A stretch of DNA of 64,000 bases, taken from NCBI GenBank assembly GCA_044351265.1, contig JBILGC010000006.1:3167-67166 (forward strand), given 5' to 3'. Within the stretch, counting starts at the first letter, position 1. Each line of letters opens with the position of its first letter. Made by a program: the position numbers and the translations under genes. Of this stretch, positions 46,779-56,893 are shown in pieces. The notes under the pieces were generated by a model, which was not told the origin of the DNA, did no database searches, and saw only the letters and a program-made list of their open reading frames with translations. Source of the stretch: Bacteroidia bacterium. Its GTDB lineage: Bacteria; Bacteroidota; Bacteroidia; UKL13-3.

Positions 46779-46879
46779 GCACTGCAAATGTATTTTTAAT
46801 GTCCTATTTTTTAGCGTATGTGCAAGGGTTGTGGTTAACTATTTTTTATCAAGCAGGCCTTTAATTTAGTTTTGTTTGT

Positions 46880-48319
46880 ATGTCGCCATTGTTATTATTT
46901 TCCTTTATTGTTATTTACTTTCTTGTGCTTCTGGGTGTGGCGTTTTACACATCCCGTAATTCCAATAACGAAACCTTTTTTATAGGGAATAAAAGCAGCA
47001 ACTGGATGCTGGTTGCTTTTGGAATGATAGGCACATCGCTAAGCGGGGTTACTTTTATCTCTGTTCCCGGAACGGTAGGGGTAGCAGGATTTAACTACTT
47101 TCAGGTGGTGCTGGGCTATTTCCTTGGCTATCTAGCCGTAGCTTATGTGCTGTTGCCTTTATATTATAAGCTAAACCTAACTTCTATTTATCATTATCTC
47201 GACCATAGATTTGGTAAGCACAGCTATAAAACAGGAGCTTTATTTTTTATCATTTCCAGAACGATGGGTGCTACCCTGCGTCTGTATTTGGTTATTAATG
47301 TTATGCAGCTCTTTATACTCGATCAATTGGGTGTGCCATTTATGGCCACCACCCTTATTATTCTTTTAATGATTTTGTTGTATACGTTTAAAGGTGGTGT
47401 AAAAACAATTGTGTGGACCGATACACTTCAAACATTTTTTATGTTGCTGGCTTTGGTGGTTTGTGTTGGCTATATCTTACAAGATTTGGATCTAACTCTT
47501 AGCAGTGCATGGACGAAGTTAAACGACTCCGGTTATACAGGAATATTCGGGACGAACGCAATGGATAAAAAATTCTTTTTGAAACAGATTATAGGTGGAG
47601 CATTCATTACCATAAGCATGACAGGCCTTGATCAGGAAATGATGCAAAAAAATATCAGTGTAAAAACACTGGGCGATTCTCAAAAAAATATGATCACGTT
47701 TAGTACCATTATGGTTTTGGTAAATTTCTTGTTTCTACTTTTGGGGGGGCTTTTATATTTGTATGCAAATCACAATGGAATAACTGTAACCGGAGATGAT
47801 TTATTTCCAACTATTGCCTTGCAATATTTGCCACCGGCTATTTCTATAATATTCATTATCGGTCTTATTTCAGCATTGTTTCCCTCAGCTGATGGTGCCA
47901 TTACTGCCTTAACTTCCTCTTTCTGTATAGATATATTAGGAATTCAGCGCAATGAAAAATTAAGTGAAACCCAAAAATCAATCACCAGAAAAACCGTTCA
48001 CCTAACTTTTGCTGCCATATTTGTGGCGTGTGTTTTTGTGTTTAAAATTATTAACAACAAATCCATTATTACTATTTTATTAGATGTAGCCGGTTATACT
48101 TACGGACCTCTTTTAGGTCTGTTTACATTTGGTATTTTAACTAAGCGCAGCTTAAATGATAAATTGGCACCTGTTGTTTGTTTGCTGGCACCTGCGCTTT
48201 GTTATATGATACAATTAAATGCTCCGGTTATTTATGGCAATTACCAAATTGGTCTTGAAATGCTGATACTAAATGGTGCGATGACTTTTGGTGGATTATG
48301 GATGGTCAGTGCAAAGTAA
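46880..48319 (+). CDS. Sodium:solute symporter family protein
   Basis: Multi-TM; GTSLSGVTFISVPG, GGVKTIVWTD, GLDQEMMQK. Confidence 0.93.
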   Translation: MSPLLLFSFIVIYFLVLLGVAFYTSRNSNNETFFIGNKSSNWMLVAFGMIGTSLSGVTFISVPGTVGVAGFNYFQVVLGYFLGYLAVAYVLLPLYYKLNLTSIYHYLDHRFGKHSYKTGALFFIISRTMGATLRLYLVINVMQLFILDQLGVPFMATTLIILLMILLYTFKGGVKTIVWTDTLQTFFMLLALVVCVGYILQDLDLTLSSAWTKLNDSGYTGIFGTNAMDKKFFLKQIIGGAFITISMTGLDQEMMQKNISVKTLGDSQKNMITFSTIMVLVNFLFLLLGGLLYLYANHNGITVTGDDLFPTIALQYLPPAISIIFIIGLISALFPSADGAITALTSSFCIDILGIQRNEKLSETQKSITRKTVHLTFAAIFVACVFVFKIINNKSIITILLDVAGYTYGPLLGLFTFGILTKRSLNDKLAPVVCLLAPALCYMIQLNAPVIYGNYQIGLEMLILNGAMTFGGLWMVSAK

Positions 48320-48337
48320 CAGTAGAATATTGTTGCT

Positions 48338-48853
48338 CTAAGGTTGCTTTTTTAGCACTGCACGCTGCAAAAAACGCATGGCATAACTGTTAACTGCATG
48401 AACCCCATCTTTGGTTTTACTATTAGATGCCGGTTTGGAGGAGCCTGATACAATTTCATAAAAAAGTATTCCTTCTTTTATCTCATAGGTGCACGATAGG
48501 ATGCTTCCTTCTACATCGAATAAGGCATAGAGCTTTTCTCCCATTCTGTTCATATGTATCAGGATGCCATCACCTTCATCAAGCATATATTTTCCTTCTT
48601 CTTCATTTTGAAGGCGCACGGTGTAATTTTTAATCACGGGTTTTTCTGAAGCATATGTTGTTTTCCATAACCATAAACTATCTGATAGTTTTTTAATTTC
48701 CATTTGCATCATTACCCGCTGCACTTGTCTGCGCGACCCTATTATTTCAAGTTCGCCTTTCCAGTTGCCCTCATATGGCTGAAGGAATGAGATTTGTGCC
48801 TGGCTGATAGCAGCGGAAAGTAGCAATAAAATCAGCATAAAAAATTTACTCAT
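48338..48853 (-). CDS. Hypothetical secreted protein
   Basis: Signal peptide, G.WKGELEI, Y.LDE.DGI; start uncertain. Confidence 0.7.
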   Translation of the reverse strand: MSKFFMLILLLLSAAISQAQISFLQPYEGNWKGELEIIGSRRQVQRVMMQMEIKKLSDSLWLWKTTYASEKPVIKNYTVRLQNEEEGKYMLDEGDGILIHMNRMGEKLYALFDVEGSILSCTYEIKEGILFYEIVSGSSKPASNSKTKDGVHAVNSYAMRFLQRAVLKKQP

Positions 48854-48884
48854 ATCTGATAGAGCTGATGCTGCCGCTATTTTA

Positions 48885-49214
48885 TTAAGAAGCCTTGTCT
48901 TTGGATGCATCAATAAAGCGTGTGCCGTTTAGTATTTCAAAATATAATTTAAAGTCTGCCATCAGACTAAATAGGGGATATTGAAAAGTAGCAGGCTTAT
49001 TTTTTTCAAAGAAGAAATGACCTGCCCATGCAAAAGCATATCCGCTAAGCGGACAAAAAATCAACCAAAAGAAATCACCTGACCAAACGGCCACCAGTAA
49101 AAAGTAAAAAAACAGGGTAGTTCCAATTACATGCAGTAATCTGCAATTTTTATTTTGGTGCTCCGCGAGGTAGTGCGGATAGAAGTCGTTAAAATGATTA
49201 AACCTTTTTTCCAT
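48885..49214 (-). CDS. DUF962 (Mpo1-like) membrane protein
   Basis: FYPHYLAEH, LHVIG, AWAGHFFFEKNKPATF. Confidence 0.9.
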   Translation of the reverse strand: MEKRFNHFNDFYPHYLAEHQNKNCRLLHVIGTTLFFYFLLVAVWSGDFFWLIFCPLSGYAFAWAGHFFFEKNKPATFQYPLFSLMADFKLYFEILNGTRFIDASKDKAS

Positions 49215-49215
49215 A

Positions 49216-49818
49216 TCACAAAATAAAGTACATCAAACAAAAACCCAAGGCAAATCCTGAAAGCAGTTGCTGTGGTGTATGTGCATTTAGCCACAAACGT
49301 GCCGAAGCGGTAATACCGGTAGCTATAATGGCAGGAATTAGAAACAGGCGCACATCTGCACTTCCGGCTTGCGCAGCAGCGGCAATAACAGCTGTAAGCA
49401 AACCAAAGGAGGCCATATGTATGCTTATTTTATTAAAGTGATTAATGACGAGCAACCCCACCACCACCGATGCTGATGCCAGCAGGAAAGCATTTATAAG
49501 TGCAGGTGAATGTAAGCGTTGAAACAAATAAAAATTTAGCAGATACATGGCTGCTGTAAGCATATACGGTCCCCTGCGCTCATCAACTGAATGAAGCATC
49601 ACAGATTGAATCTGGCCAAACCATTTCATTATAAAAATATACACCACAGGCACAATGGCTGTGCTTGTAAACACAAAACCCAGATAAAACAAGCGGGCCG
49701 GTGTTGATAGCACATAATCTAAGTAAGGGAAAAGCCGAATGAGCGCATAGAACGAAACGAGGTTTACAAAAATGGGATGGAAGAGAATGGAAAGAAAGAG
49801 CGCAAACCTTGAATTCAT
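49216..49818 (-). CDS. PAP2-like multi-pass membrane protein
   Basis: LFHP, ERR.P, KISIH, SARL.LNAHT motifs. Confidence 0.75.
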   Translation of the reverse strand: MNSRFALFLSILFHPIFVNLVSFYALIRLFPYLDYVLSTPARLFYLGFVFTSTAIVPVVYIFIMKWFGQIQSVMLHSVDERRGPYMLTAAMYLLNFYLFQRLHSPALINAFLLASASVVVGLLVINHFNKISIHMASFGLLTAVIAAAAQAGSADVRLFLIPAIIATGITASARLWLNAHTPQQLLSGFALGFCLMYFIL

Positions 49819-49856
49819 TTTCAATGCAGATATATTGTTAGTTGCAATTTGCAAAG

Positions 49857-52523
49857 CTATGCATCATAACCAAGGTTAGGAGCCAGCCACCTTTCAACAG
49901 TAGCTAAGTCCATTCCTTTGCGTTTGGCATAATCTTCTACCTGATCTTTACTGATTTTGCCTAAACCAAAATATTTGCTTTCCGGATGGGCAAAGTAGTA
50001 ACCACTTACACTCGCAGCGGGATACATGGCAAAGTTTTCAGTAAGTTTAATATCTACTTTCTCTTCGGCCTGCAGCAAATGAAACAATAAACGCTTTTCT
50101 GTATGATCAGGGCAGGCCGGATAACCCGGAGCAGGCCTAATTCCGGTATAACTTTCATTAATCAAGTCTTCATTGCTCAGGTCTTCATTTTTTGCATAGC
50201 CCCAAAATTCCTTACGCACACGTTCGTGCATTCTTTCTGCAAATGCCTCTGCTAATCTATCGGCCACGGCTTTAATCATAATGCTGTGGTAATCATCGTG
50301 GTCTTTCTCGTATTGCTCTACGAGTTTTTCTATACCAATACCGGCTGTTACGGCAAAGCCCCCCATGTAGTCATTTTCATCGGCTACAAAATCGGCTAAG
50401 CAATTGTAGGTTTGTCCTTCGGCTTTTTCACTCTGCTGGCGAAGAAAATGAAATACGGCTTCACCATTTTCAGTTTGCAGCACAACATCATCACCTTTTT
50501 TTCTAGCCGGCCAAAAACCAATTACACCTTTGGCTTTCAAAAGTTTTTTTGCAATCACTTCATCCAGCATCTTATTGGCGTCAGCAAATAATTTGCGTGC
50601 TTCTGTTCCTATAATTTCATCATCCAATATTTTAGGATAACGTCCGGCTAGTTCCCAAGTCATGAAAAACGGAGTCCAGTCGATATACGCGCGTAAATCT
50701 TCAAGCGGGTAATCATCAAAAATTTGTATTCCTTTAAATGTTGGTTGCACAATATTTGTTGCTGAAACTGAAATGGCTGTGCTACGTGCTTTATCTATGC
50801 TTACAAAATTCTTTTCACGCTTACGGTTTTTATAATCTTCTCTAAACTGTGCGTATTCGTTTTTTAGTTGTTGTTGTACAATGGGCCTCTGCTCTTTGCT
50901 AATCAGGCTTTGAGCCACGGGCACACTTTTACTGGCATCTAGCACATGCACCACAGGACCGCTGTAATTGGGATCTATTTTAACGGCCGTGTGCACACGA
51001 GAGGTAGTGGCACCTCCAATAAGCAGTGGCATATTCATTCCCAAACGTTCCATTTCCTTTGCTACATATACCATCTCATCTAGGCTGGGAGTGATGAGTC
51101 CGCTCAAGCCAATCACATCTACGTTTTCCTGTTTGGCTCTTTCAAGAATTTTATCGGCAGGCACCATCACACCCATATCAATTATTTCAAAACTGTTGCA
51201 AGCTAGCACCACACCAACAATATTTTTTCCAATATCATGTACATCTCCCTTAACAGTTGCCAGCAATATTTTACCTTGGCCACCGCCTTGAGCAGCACCA
51301 GAAAGTCTTTTCTCTTCTTCAAGATAAGGTGTTAAGTATGCCACAGCTTTTTTCATTACGCGAGCACTCTTTACCACCTGCGGCAAAAACATTTTACCCT
51401 GACCAAACAAATCTCCCACCACATTCATGCCGGCCATAAGCGGACCTTCAATTACATGCAGTGGTTTACCATATTTCTGTCGTGCTTCTTCCGTGTCGGC
51501 ATCTATATAATCTATAATGCCTTTAACCAAAGCGTGGCTCAATCTTTCTTCAACAGTAGCTTTGCGCCACTCCTCATCAATCACTTTCTCTTTCCCTTTT
51601 CCTTTCACTTTCTCCGCATATTCAAGCAAGCGCTCAGTAGCATCATCTCTTCTGTCAAGCAACACATCCTCCACATAGGTAAGCAAGTCCTTATCTATTT
51701 CATCATACACTTCAAGCTGGCTTGGGTTTACAATACCCATATCCATTCCATGTTTAATGGCATGATACAAAAATGCAGAGTGCATGGCTTCTCGCACTTT
51801 ATCGTTGCCTCTAAAAGAAAAAGACACATTACTTACGCCACCACTGATTTTAGCACCCGGTAAATTTTCTTTTATCCACTTGGTTGCATTAAAAAAGTCG
51901 AGCGCATTTTTTCTATGCTCTTCCATTCCTGTAGCTACAGGAAAAATATTGGGATCAAAAATAATATCGCCTGCGGGGAAGTGAACCTTTTGTGTTAGGA
52001 TTTTATAGGCACGTTCAGCTATTTCAATACGTCTTTCATAATTATCTGCCTGGCCTTTTTCATCAAAAAGCATGACTATAACAGCCGCGCCAAATCGCTT
52101 AATTGTTTTGGCTTCACGAATAAATTCTTCTTCTCCTCCTTTGAGCGAAATGGAGTTAACAACACATTTACCCTGGATGCATTTTAATCCGGCTTCAATA
52201 ATTTCCCATTTAGAAGAGTCAATCATTACAGGTACACGCGCAATATCAGGTTCTGACATAACCAGATTTAAAAAACGGGTCATTGCATCAGCACCGTCAA
52301 TCATGCCTTCATCCATGTTCACATCAATTATTTGTGCACCGCCCTGCACTTGTTCACGTGCAACTTCTAGGGCATCTTCGTATTGACCTTCTTTAATGAG
52401 GCGTAAAAACTTTTTTGAACCGGTAACATTGGTTCGCTCACCAACATTAATAAAGTTGGAACCCTCGAAAATGGTGAGGGGCTCTAATCCGGAAAGGCGG
52501 AGTGTATAATCGGTTTTAGCCAT
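49857..52523 (-). CDS. metH: B12-dependent methionine synthase, C-terminal part (pterin, cap, B12, reactivation domains)
   Basis: [33 protein letters not shown]; no N-terminal homocysteine-binding barrel. Confidence 0.95.
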   Translation of the reverse strand: MAKTDYTLRLSGLEPLTIFEGSNFINVGERTNVTGSKKFLRLIKEGQYEDALEVAREQVQGGAQIIDVNMDEGMIDGADAMTRFLNLVMSEPDIARVPVMIDSSKWEIIEAGLKCIQGKCVVNSISLKGGEEEFIREAKTIKRFGAAVIVMLFDEKGQADNYERRIEIAERAYKILTQKVHFPAGDIIFDPNIFPVATGMEEHRKNALDFFNATKWIKENLPGAKISGGVSNVSFSFRGNDKVREAMHSAFLYHAIKHGMDMGIVNPSQLEVYDEIDKDLLTYVEDVLLDRRDDATERLLEYAEKVKGKGKEKVIDEEWRKATVEERLSHALVKGIIDYIDADTEEARQKYGKPLHVIEGPLMAGMNVVGDLFGQGKMFLPQVVKSARVMKKAVAYLTPYLEEEKRLSGAAQGGGQGKILLATVKGDVHDIGKNIVGVVLACNSFEIIDMGVMVPADKILERAKQENVDVIGLSGLITPSLDEMVYVAKEMERLGMNMPLLIGGATTSRVHTAVKIDPNYSGPVVHVLDASKSVPVAQSLISKEQRPIVQQQLKNEYAQFREDYKNRKREKNFVSIDKARSTAISVSATNIVQPTFKGIQIFDDYPLEDLRAYIDWTPFFMTWELAGRYPKILDDEIIGTEARKLFADANKMLDEVIAKKLLKAKGVIGFWPARKKGDDVVLQTENGEAVFHFLRQQSEKAEGQTYNCLADFVADENDYMGGFAVTAGIGIEKLVEQYEKDHDDYHSIMIKAVADRLAEAFAERMHERVRKEFWGYAKNEDLSNEDLINESYTGIRPAPGYPACPDHTEKRLLFHLLQAEEKVDIKLTENFAMYPAASVSGYYFAHPESKYFGLGKISKDQVEDYAKRKGMDLATVERWLAPNLGYDA

Positions 52524-52649
52524 TAAGTACTTTAGAAATCGCGGCAAGATAACAAATAGCACTTAGAGTGCATAGCCTATAAATCTTATCAGATTTATTC
52601 ATTTTAATGAAAAGAATGCAGCCTGAACAGGGAGTAGAATGAGTTATAG

Positions 52650-53684
52650 TTAGGTAATAAGCCATTCCTGCCCATTGCCTTTCTGGCTGTAGTTCAACTT
52701 GCCTCTTGAAACCACCAAAGGCGAAGTAAAGTTATTGGTATAAAGTCCGCCTGTGCCCAATCCCTGAGGCATAGGGTTATTTTTGGCAGAAACCCACTGT
52801 GCAATGATATTAAGGCCAATTGCAGATTCGAGTGCAGAGGTTGCCCACCAGCCTATTTGCATTTTACGTGCTATGTTTATCCATGCATCGGCAGCGTGCA
52901 AACCACCAATAAGGGTAGGTTTGAGAATAAGATAGTGGGGTCGGATTTGTTTAAGGAGTTTTTCTCCTGCCTCATGTGTAAGGCCAATAAGCTCCTCATC
53001 CAATGCTATCTGGATTTGCGTTTTTTTAACCACCTCTTCAAGCAATTCTGCCTGTCCGGGTTTAACCGGCTGCTCAATCGAATGTATTTCAAAGCGCGAC
53101 AGGTCTTGTAGTTTTTCAAACACATCATCTTTAGAAAAGGCACCGTTGGCATCCAATCTTATTTCGCAAGTAAATGCGTTAAAACGATTACGGAATTTCT
53201 CAAGCATGCGGCATTCTTCATCAAAATCAAGTGCGCCAACCTTAAACTTAATGCAATTAAAACCCAAGTCTATTTTTTCAACTGCTTGCTTCAGCATTGC
53301 TTCTGCATCATCCATCCAAACCAATCCGTTAATGGGAATGGGTAAACCTTTATAGAAAGGATTCTCTCCATAACAGAAAGGAGTGTTATTTAACAAACCC
53401 AGCTGAGCAGCTTCAAAGGCAAAGCGCAAAGAAGGGAAACCATCAAGTGGCAGCATATCCGCAGCAAGGCCATCGTTTACCAGATTACAGCAATTTTGCA
53501 ACTGCATTTCAAAGTCGCTGGTATCATCAATACTTAAACCCGGAAGTGGCGAGGCTTCGCCATAAGCTGTTTTATTGTTTTTTGTTAATGATACAATCCA
53601 TGCTGTATGAGTTTGCATTTCGCCCCTTGAGGTTCGGGCAGGTTTATTAAATTGCAATAGATGCTTAAAGTATTTTGCTTGCAT
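52650..53684 (-). CDS. menC: o-Succinylbenzoate synthase (enolase superfamily)
   Basis: GEASPLPGLS, KFKVG, RLDANG, IEQP, ALDEEL, GLGTG; adjacent to menA. Confidence 0.88.
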   Translation of the reverse strand: MQAKYFKHLLQFNKPARTSRGEMQTHTAWIVSLTKNNKTAYGEASPLPGLSIDDTSDFEMQLQNCCNLVNDGLAADMLPLDGFPSLRFAFEAAQLGLLNNTPFCYGENPFYKGLPIPINGLVWMDDAEAMLKQAVEKIDLGFNCIKFKVGALDFDEECRMLEKFRNRFNAFTCEIRLDANGAFSKDDVFEKLQDLSRFEIHSIEQPVKPGQAELLEEVVKKTQIQIALDEELIGLTHEAGEKLLKQIRPHYLILKPTLIGGLHAADAWINIARKMQIGWWATSALESAIGLNIIAQWVSAKNNPMPQGLGTGGLYTNNFTSPLVVSRGKLNYSQKGNGQEWLIT

Positions 53685-53686
53685 AC

Positions 53687-54643
53687 TTATTTTAATAGCT
53701 GAATCGCTTGCATAAGCTGAAAAACTTTGATAAGAGCGAGTGAAAAATAAAAAGCGGCAGCTAGCAGAAGTGTTGCCAGCGAAAGCTGTTTAAGAAATCT
53801 GTTATAAGCTACTGAAGGAGGTGTTTGCCATAGTTGATAAGCATGTATGATTAATACAACTGCAGGAATAAGCATCAGCGCATGAGGCAGGTAAAAATCA
53901 CAGCGGAAATAAATAAGCCAGCAGATAGAAGCAGCTACAAGCAACAACAAATGGTACACTTTTGCTAGGCGCTCTCCCCACAACACAGGCAGAGTAAATT
54001 TACCACTGTTTTTATCGTTCTCAATATCGCGTATGTTATTTACATTCAGAACGGCTGAGCAAAGTAATCCTATTGCAGCAGCAGGCAGTAGAATTGGCCA
54101 GTTATCTGCCCAGGTAAAACGAATGCCTGAGTTTAGTAAAAATGTACCTACAACGGCAACCGGACCAAAGAATATAAATACAAAAATATCTCCCAATCCT
54201 GCATAACCATATGCGTTTTTACCAACGGTGTATTTAATTGCTGCAACAATGGCAGCCAAGCCTAATACAAAAAAAGCAGCAAAGGCGTAATTGGTTTGTC
54301 CATGCGTAGCTTGCCAGAGTAAAGTTGTTCCAAGGGCAAGGCTAAGCAACACAAAAAATATAACCATTCTAAGCATGGCTGCAGGCTTAATGATACCGCT
54401 TTGCAGCGCACGCATATTACCAATGCGTTTATCATTATCGGTGCCCTTCATAAAATCTCCGTAATCGTTTGCCAGATTAGACAATACTTGTAGACTTACT
54501 GCTGTAAGCCAACATAATAAGGTAATGGACCAATTGGTACTGTAATAGGTATCAGCTAGCGCTACTCCTGTTAATACAGCCGCAGTGGCCAGCGGAAGTG
54601 TTCTAAGCCTAAATGCCGATATCCATGTTTTGATGAGTGCCAT
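53687..54643 (-). CDS. menA: 1,4-dihydroxy-2-naphthoate prenyltransferase
   Basis: RLRTLPL, NLANDYGD..KGTD, NNIRDIEND...GK.TL. Confidence 0.93.
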   Translation of the reverse strand: MALIKTWISAFRLRTLPLATAAVLTGVALADTYYSTNWSITLLCWLTAVSLQVLSNLANDYGDFMKGTDNDKRIGNMRALQSGIIKPAAMLRMVIFFVLLSLALGTTLLWQATHGQTNYAFAAFFVLGLAAIVAAIKYTVGKNAYGYAGLGDIFVFIFFGPVAVVGTFLLNSGIRFTWADNWPILLPAAAIGLLCSAVLNVNNIRDIENDKNSGKFTLPVLWGERLAKVYHLLLLVAASICWLIYFRCDFYLPHALMLIPAVVLIIHAYQLWQTPPSVAYNRFLKQLSLATLLLAAAFYFSLALIKVFQLMQAIQLLK

Positions 54644-54670
54644 GTGGGTGGCGAAAGTACAGAAAACAGA

Positions 54671-55954
54671 TTAGTTTTTGAGCCAGGCTTCAGGATCGAG
54701 TTTCTGACTCATATTCCAAATTTCAAGATGCACTTCCGTTACATCTTCTTCTTCATCGGTAAGCACTGTGCCAATGGTATCGCGTGTATCTACCTCCTGA
54801 CCTTCTTTAACCAATACGCTGGATAATTTTGCATATGCAGTAAAGTATTTACCATGACTGATAAGTACAATTTTACCCATGCCCGGAATAGAGAAAATAG
54901 ATTTAACCTTACCTTTAAAAACGGCTCTGACACTAGCACCTGGCTGTGTTGAAATGTCTACACCATTATTATTAACCACCACACCTTTTAATGTAGGGTG
55001 TGCATGTGTACCAAATTGCTCAGAAATATATCCCTTCTCCACCGGCCAAGGCAGGCTATTGCGGTTACTTTCAAAATCATTAGATAATTTAAGCGCCTCC
55101 GGTGTAAGGTACATTTCCTTTGCCATAGCTTTAGGTGCTTCTTTTTTTGCCGCACCTGCCGGTTCTTCTTTTCTACGAGCCTCTTCTTCACGTTTGCGCG
55201 CAAGCTCAATTTCGCGAGCAATTAAATCGCCAATTGCTTTGTTTAATTTTTTGGCTGATTTTTCATTTTCTGCAAGAATTTTACGCAACTCGCCTTCACG
55301 TGCTTTGAGTTTAGCCAAAACCTGACTCTCTTCCTGTTTATCTTTTTCTAGTTCCTTCTTCTCCTCTTCTTTTAATCCTAAAATGGCCATTTTCTCATTT
55401 TTAATGGCAATCATTTTGGTAAGTTCTGCCACAATAAGTTGTTGGGTTTGTAAAATTACTTTTGCCTGATTTTTGCGGTAATCACTGTATTGATTGAGAT
55501 ATGAAATACGCTTTAGCGCCTGATTGAAACTCTTGGCCGAAAACACAAACAGCATTTTATCGTACACGTTTCTTGTTTTATAAGAGGCTCTGATACTTTT
55601 AGCATACTCTTCCTTGAGACGCACCATATCTCTTTTTAGAGAATCAAGTACGGTCTGCTGTTCAAGAATTTGAATGGATACGGCATGTAGTTGTTCTTGA
55701 ACATTATTGATTATTTTCTCGCGGGTGCGAATCTGATTATTGATTGTTTTAAGCTGAGAAAGCGTGGTTTTTTGTCTGGTGCGGGTTTCTTCCAGAACCT
55801 TTTTGGTTTCCTTGATTTTATCGGTCAGCTCCTTGCGCTTATTTTCCAGCTCCTTTCGCTGTTGCTGTATATTCTGAGCCAATGTGGGAAAGGCCGCCAA
55901 AAGCAACAAAGCAAAAACAATGGATAACGTAATATGAAATCGAAATGGTCTCAA
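54671..55954 (-). CDS. EnvC-like coiled-coil / degenerate M23 murein hydrolase activator
   Basis: Long coiled coil, LPWPV.KG, NNGVDI (lacks the HxxxD ligand), C-terminal LDPEAWL. Confidence 0.88.
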   Translation of the reverse strand: MRPFRFHITLSIVFALLLLAAFPTLAQNIQQQRKELENKRKELTDKIKETKKVLEETRTRQKTTLSQLKTINNQIRTREKIINNVQEQLHAVSIQILEQQTVLDSLKRDMVRLKEEYAKSIRASYKTRNVYDKMLFVFSAKSFNQALKRISYLNQYSDYRKNQAKVILQTQQLIVAELTKMIAIKNEKMAILGLKEEEKKELEKDKQEESQVLAKLKAREGELRKILAENEKSAKKLNKAIGDLIAREIELARKREEEARRKEEPAGAAKKEAPKAMAKEMYLTPEALKLSNDFESNRNSLPWPVEKGYISEQFGTHAHPTLKGVVVNNNGVDISTQPGASVRAVFKGKVKSIFSIPGMGKIVLISHGKYFTAYAKLSSVLVKEGQEVDTRDTIGTVLTDEEEDVTEVHLEIWNMSQKLDPEAWLKN

Positions 55955-56095
55955 CGCAAATAATTTATTTACCGCAAAGTTGCCTGCTGTAATAATATGA
56001 TGCCTGTTTTTTTCTGCCGATATGTTGATAAGCTATATTTACGGATGAGGAGACTGCGGCTGGTGAACAATAGAAATAAAGTATGCAAAGAGCTA

Positions 56096-56893
56096 TTAGA
56101 ACTTAATCAGTTCAAACGATTTGGGAATACTGAATAACAGTTCTTTTTTCTTCTCAAATGTAAACTGAGTTGCCTCCAACTCAAATTGAATGTTTTTTTC
56201 TGATTGTATATTGATATTCCATCTGGCCGGGAATGCAGATGATTTATGAATATGCGGATTGCTGTAATCAATCATGATTTCTTTGGTACCGTTTCTCTCC
56301 CACAATTTGGTTCTGGAGGGTTTAAGTGTGTTCATAGCATAGGTAACCGCCTGAGCTCGGTTGCCTGCTAATGGCTGTGTGATCGTAACCTGCGGCATAA
56401 TTGTATCTGCAAGGCTTACTGTAGTATCATGAAAATATAAGGCATTACCCGCAATCAGGTTTTGCAGTTGTGTAAATGCTAAAGGCAATTGGGTTATTTT
56501 TTGCAAATAGTCATAACCTGCGATAATGGCTTTTCTATGCAGCAAATCAAGCACCACAACAGAATCGGGCGTGGCCAGCACACGTGCTACATTCAATCCT
56601 AAAACTGCAGAAATAGAAAAAAGCACATAACGGTCTTTTTCCATGGTGATAATTGCATCCAGCTCTTGCTTTTGTTCGCCTTCAGTATAAATCAACTTGC
56701 TTCTACACTGGTAATAGTCAAACGTATTTTCATTAGCCTGAATATTTTTAAGCAGATTCTGTAGCGCATCGTTCCCCGTTTTGGTAATATGTGCACCAAG
56801 GGTTTTACCAATTATTGTTTTTGAGGATTTACAGCCTAAAGAGAATAATATAAACATCGCTGCGGCAATAAAGATGGCATGTTTATTCCACAT
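56096..56893 (-). CDS. DUF4292 family lipoprotein
   Basis: SLGC lipobox, AR...TPDS, LQNL..G, FSIP; usual dut-NTase-TPR-DUF4292-EnvC order. Confidence 0.8.
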   Translation of the reverse strand: MWNKHAIFIAAAMFILFSLGCKSSKTIIGKTLGAHITKTGNDALQNLLKNIQANENTFDYYQCRSKLIYTEGEQKQELDAIITMEKDRYVLFSISAVLGLNVARVLATPDSVVVLDLLHRKAIIAGYDYLQKITQLPLAFTQLQNLIAGNALYFHDTTVSLADTIMPQVTITQPLAGNRAQAVTYAMNTLKPSRTKLWERNGTKEIMIDYSNPHIHKSSAFPARWNINIQSEKNIQFELEATQFTFEKKKELLFSIPKSFELIKF

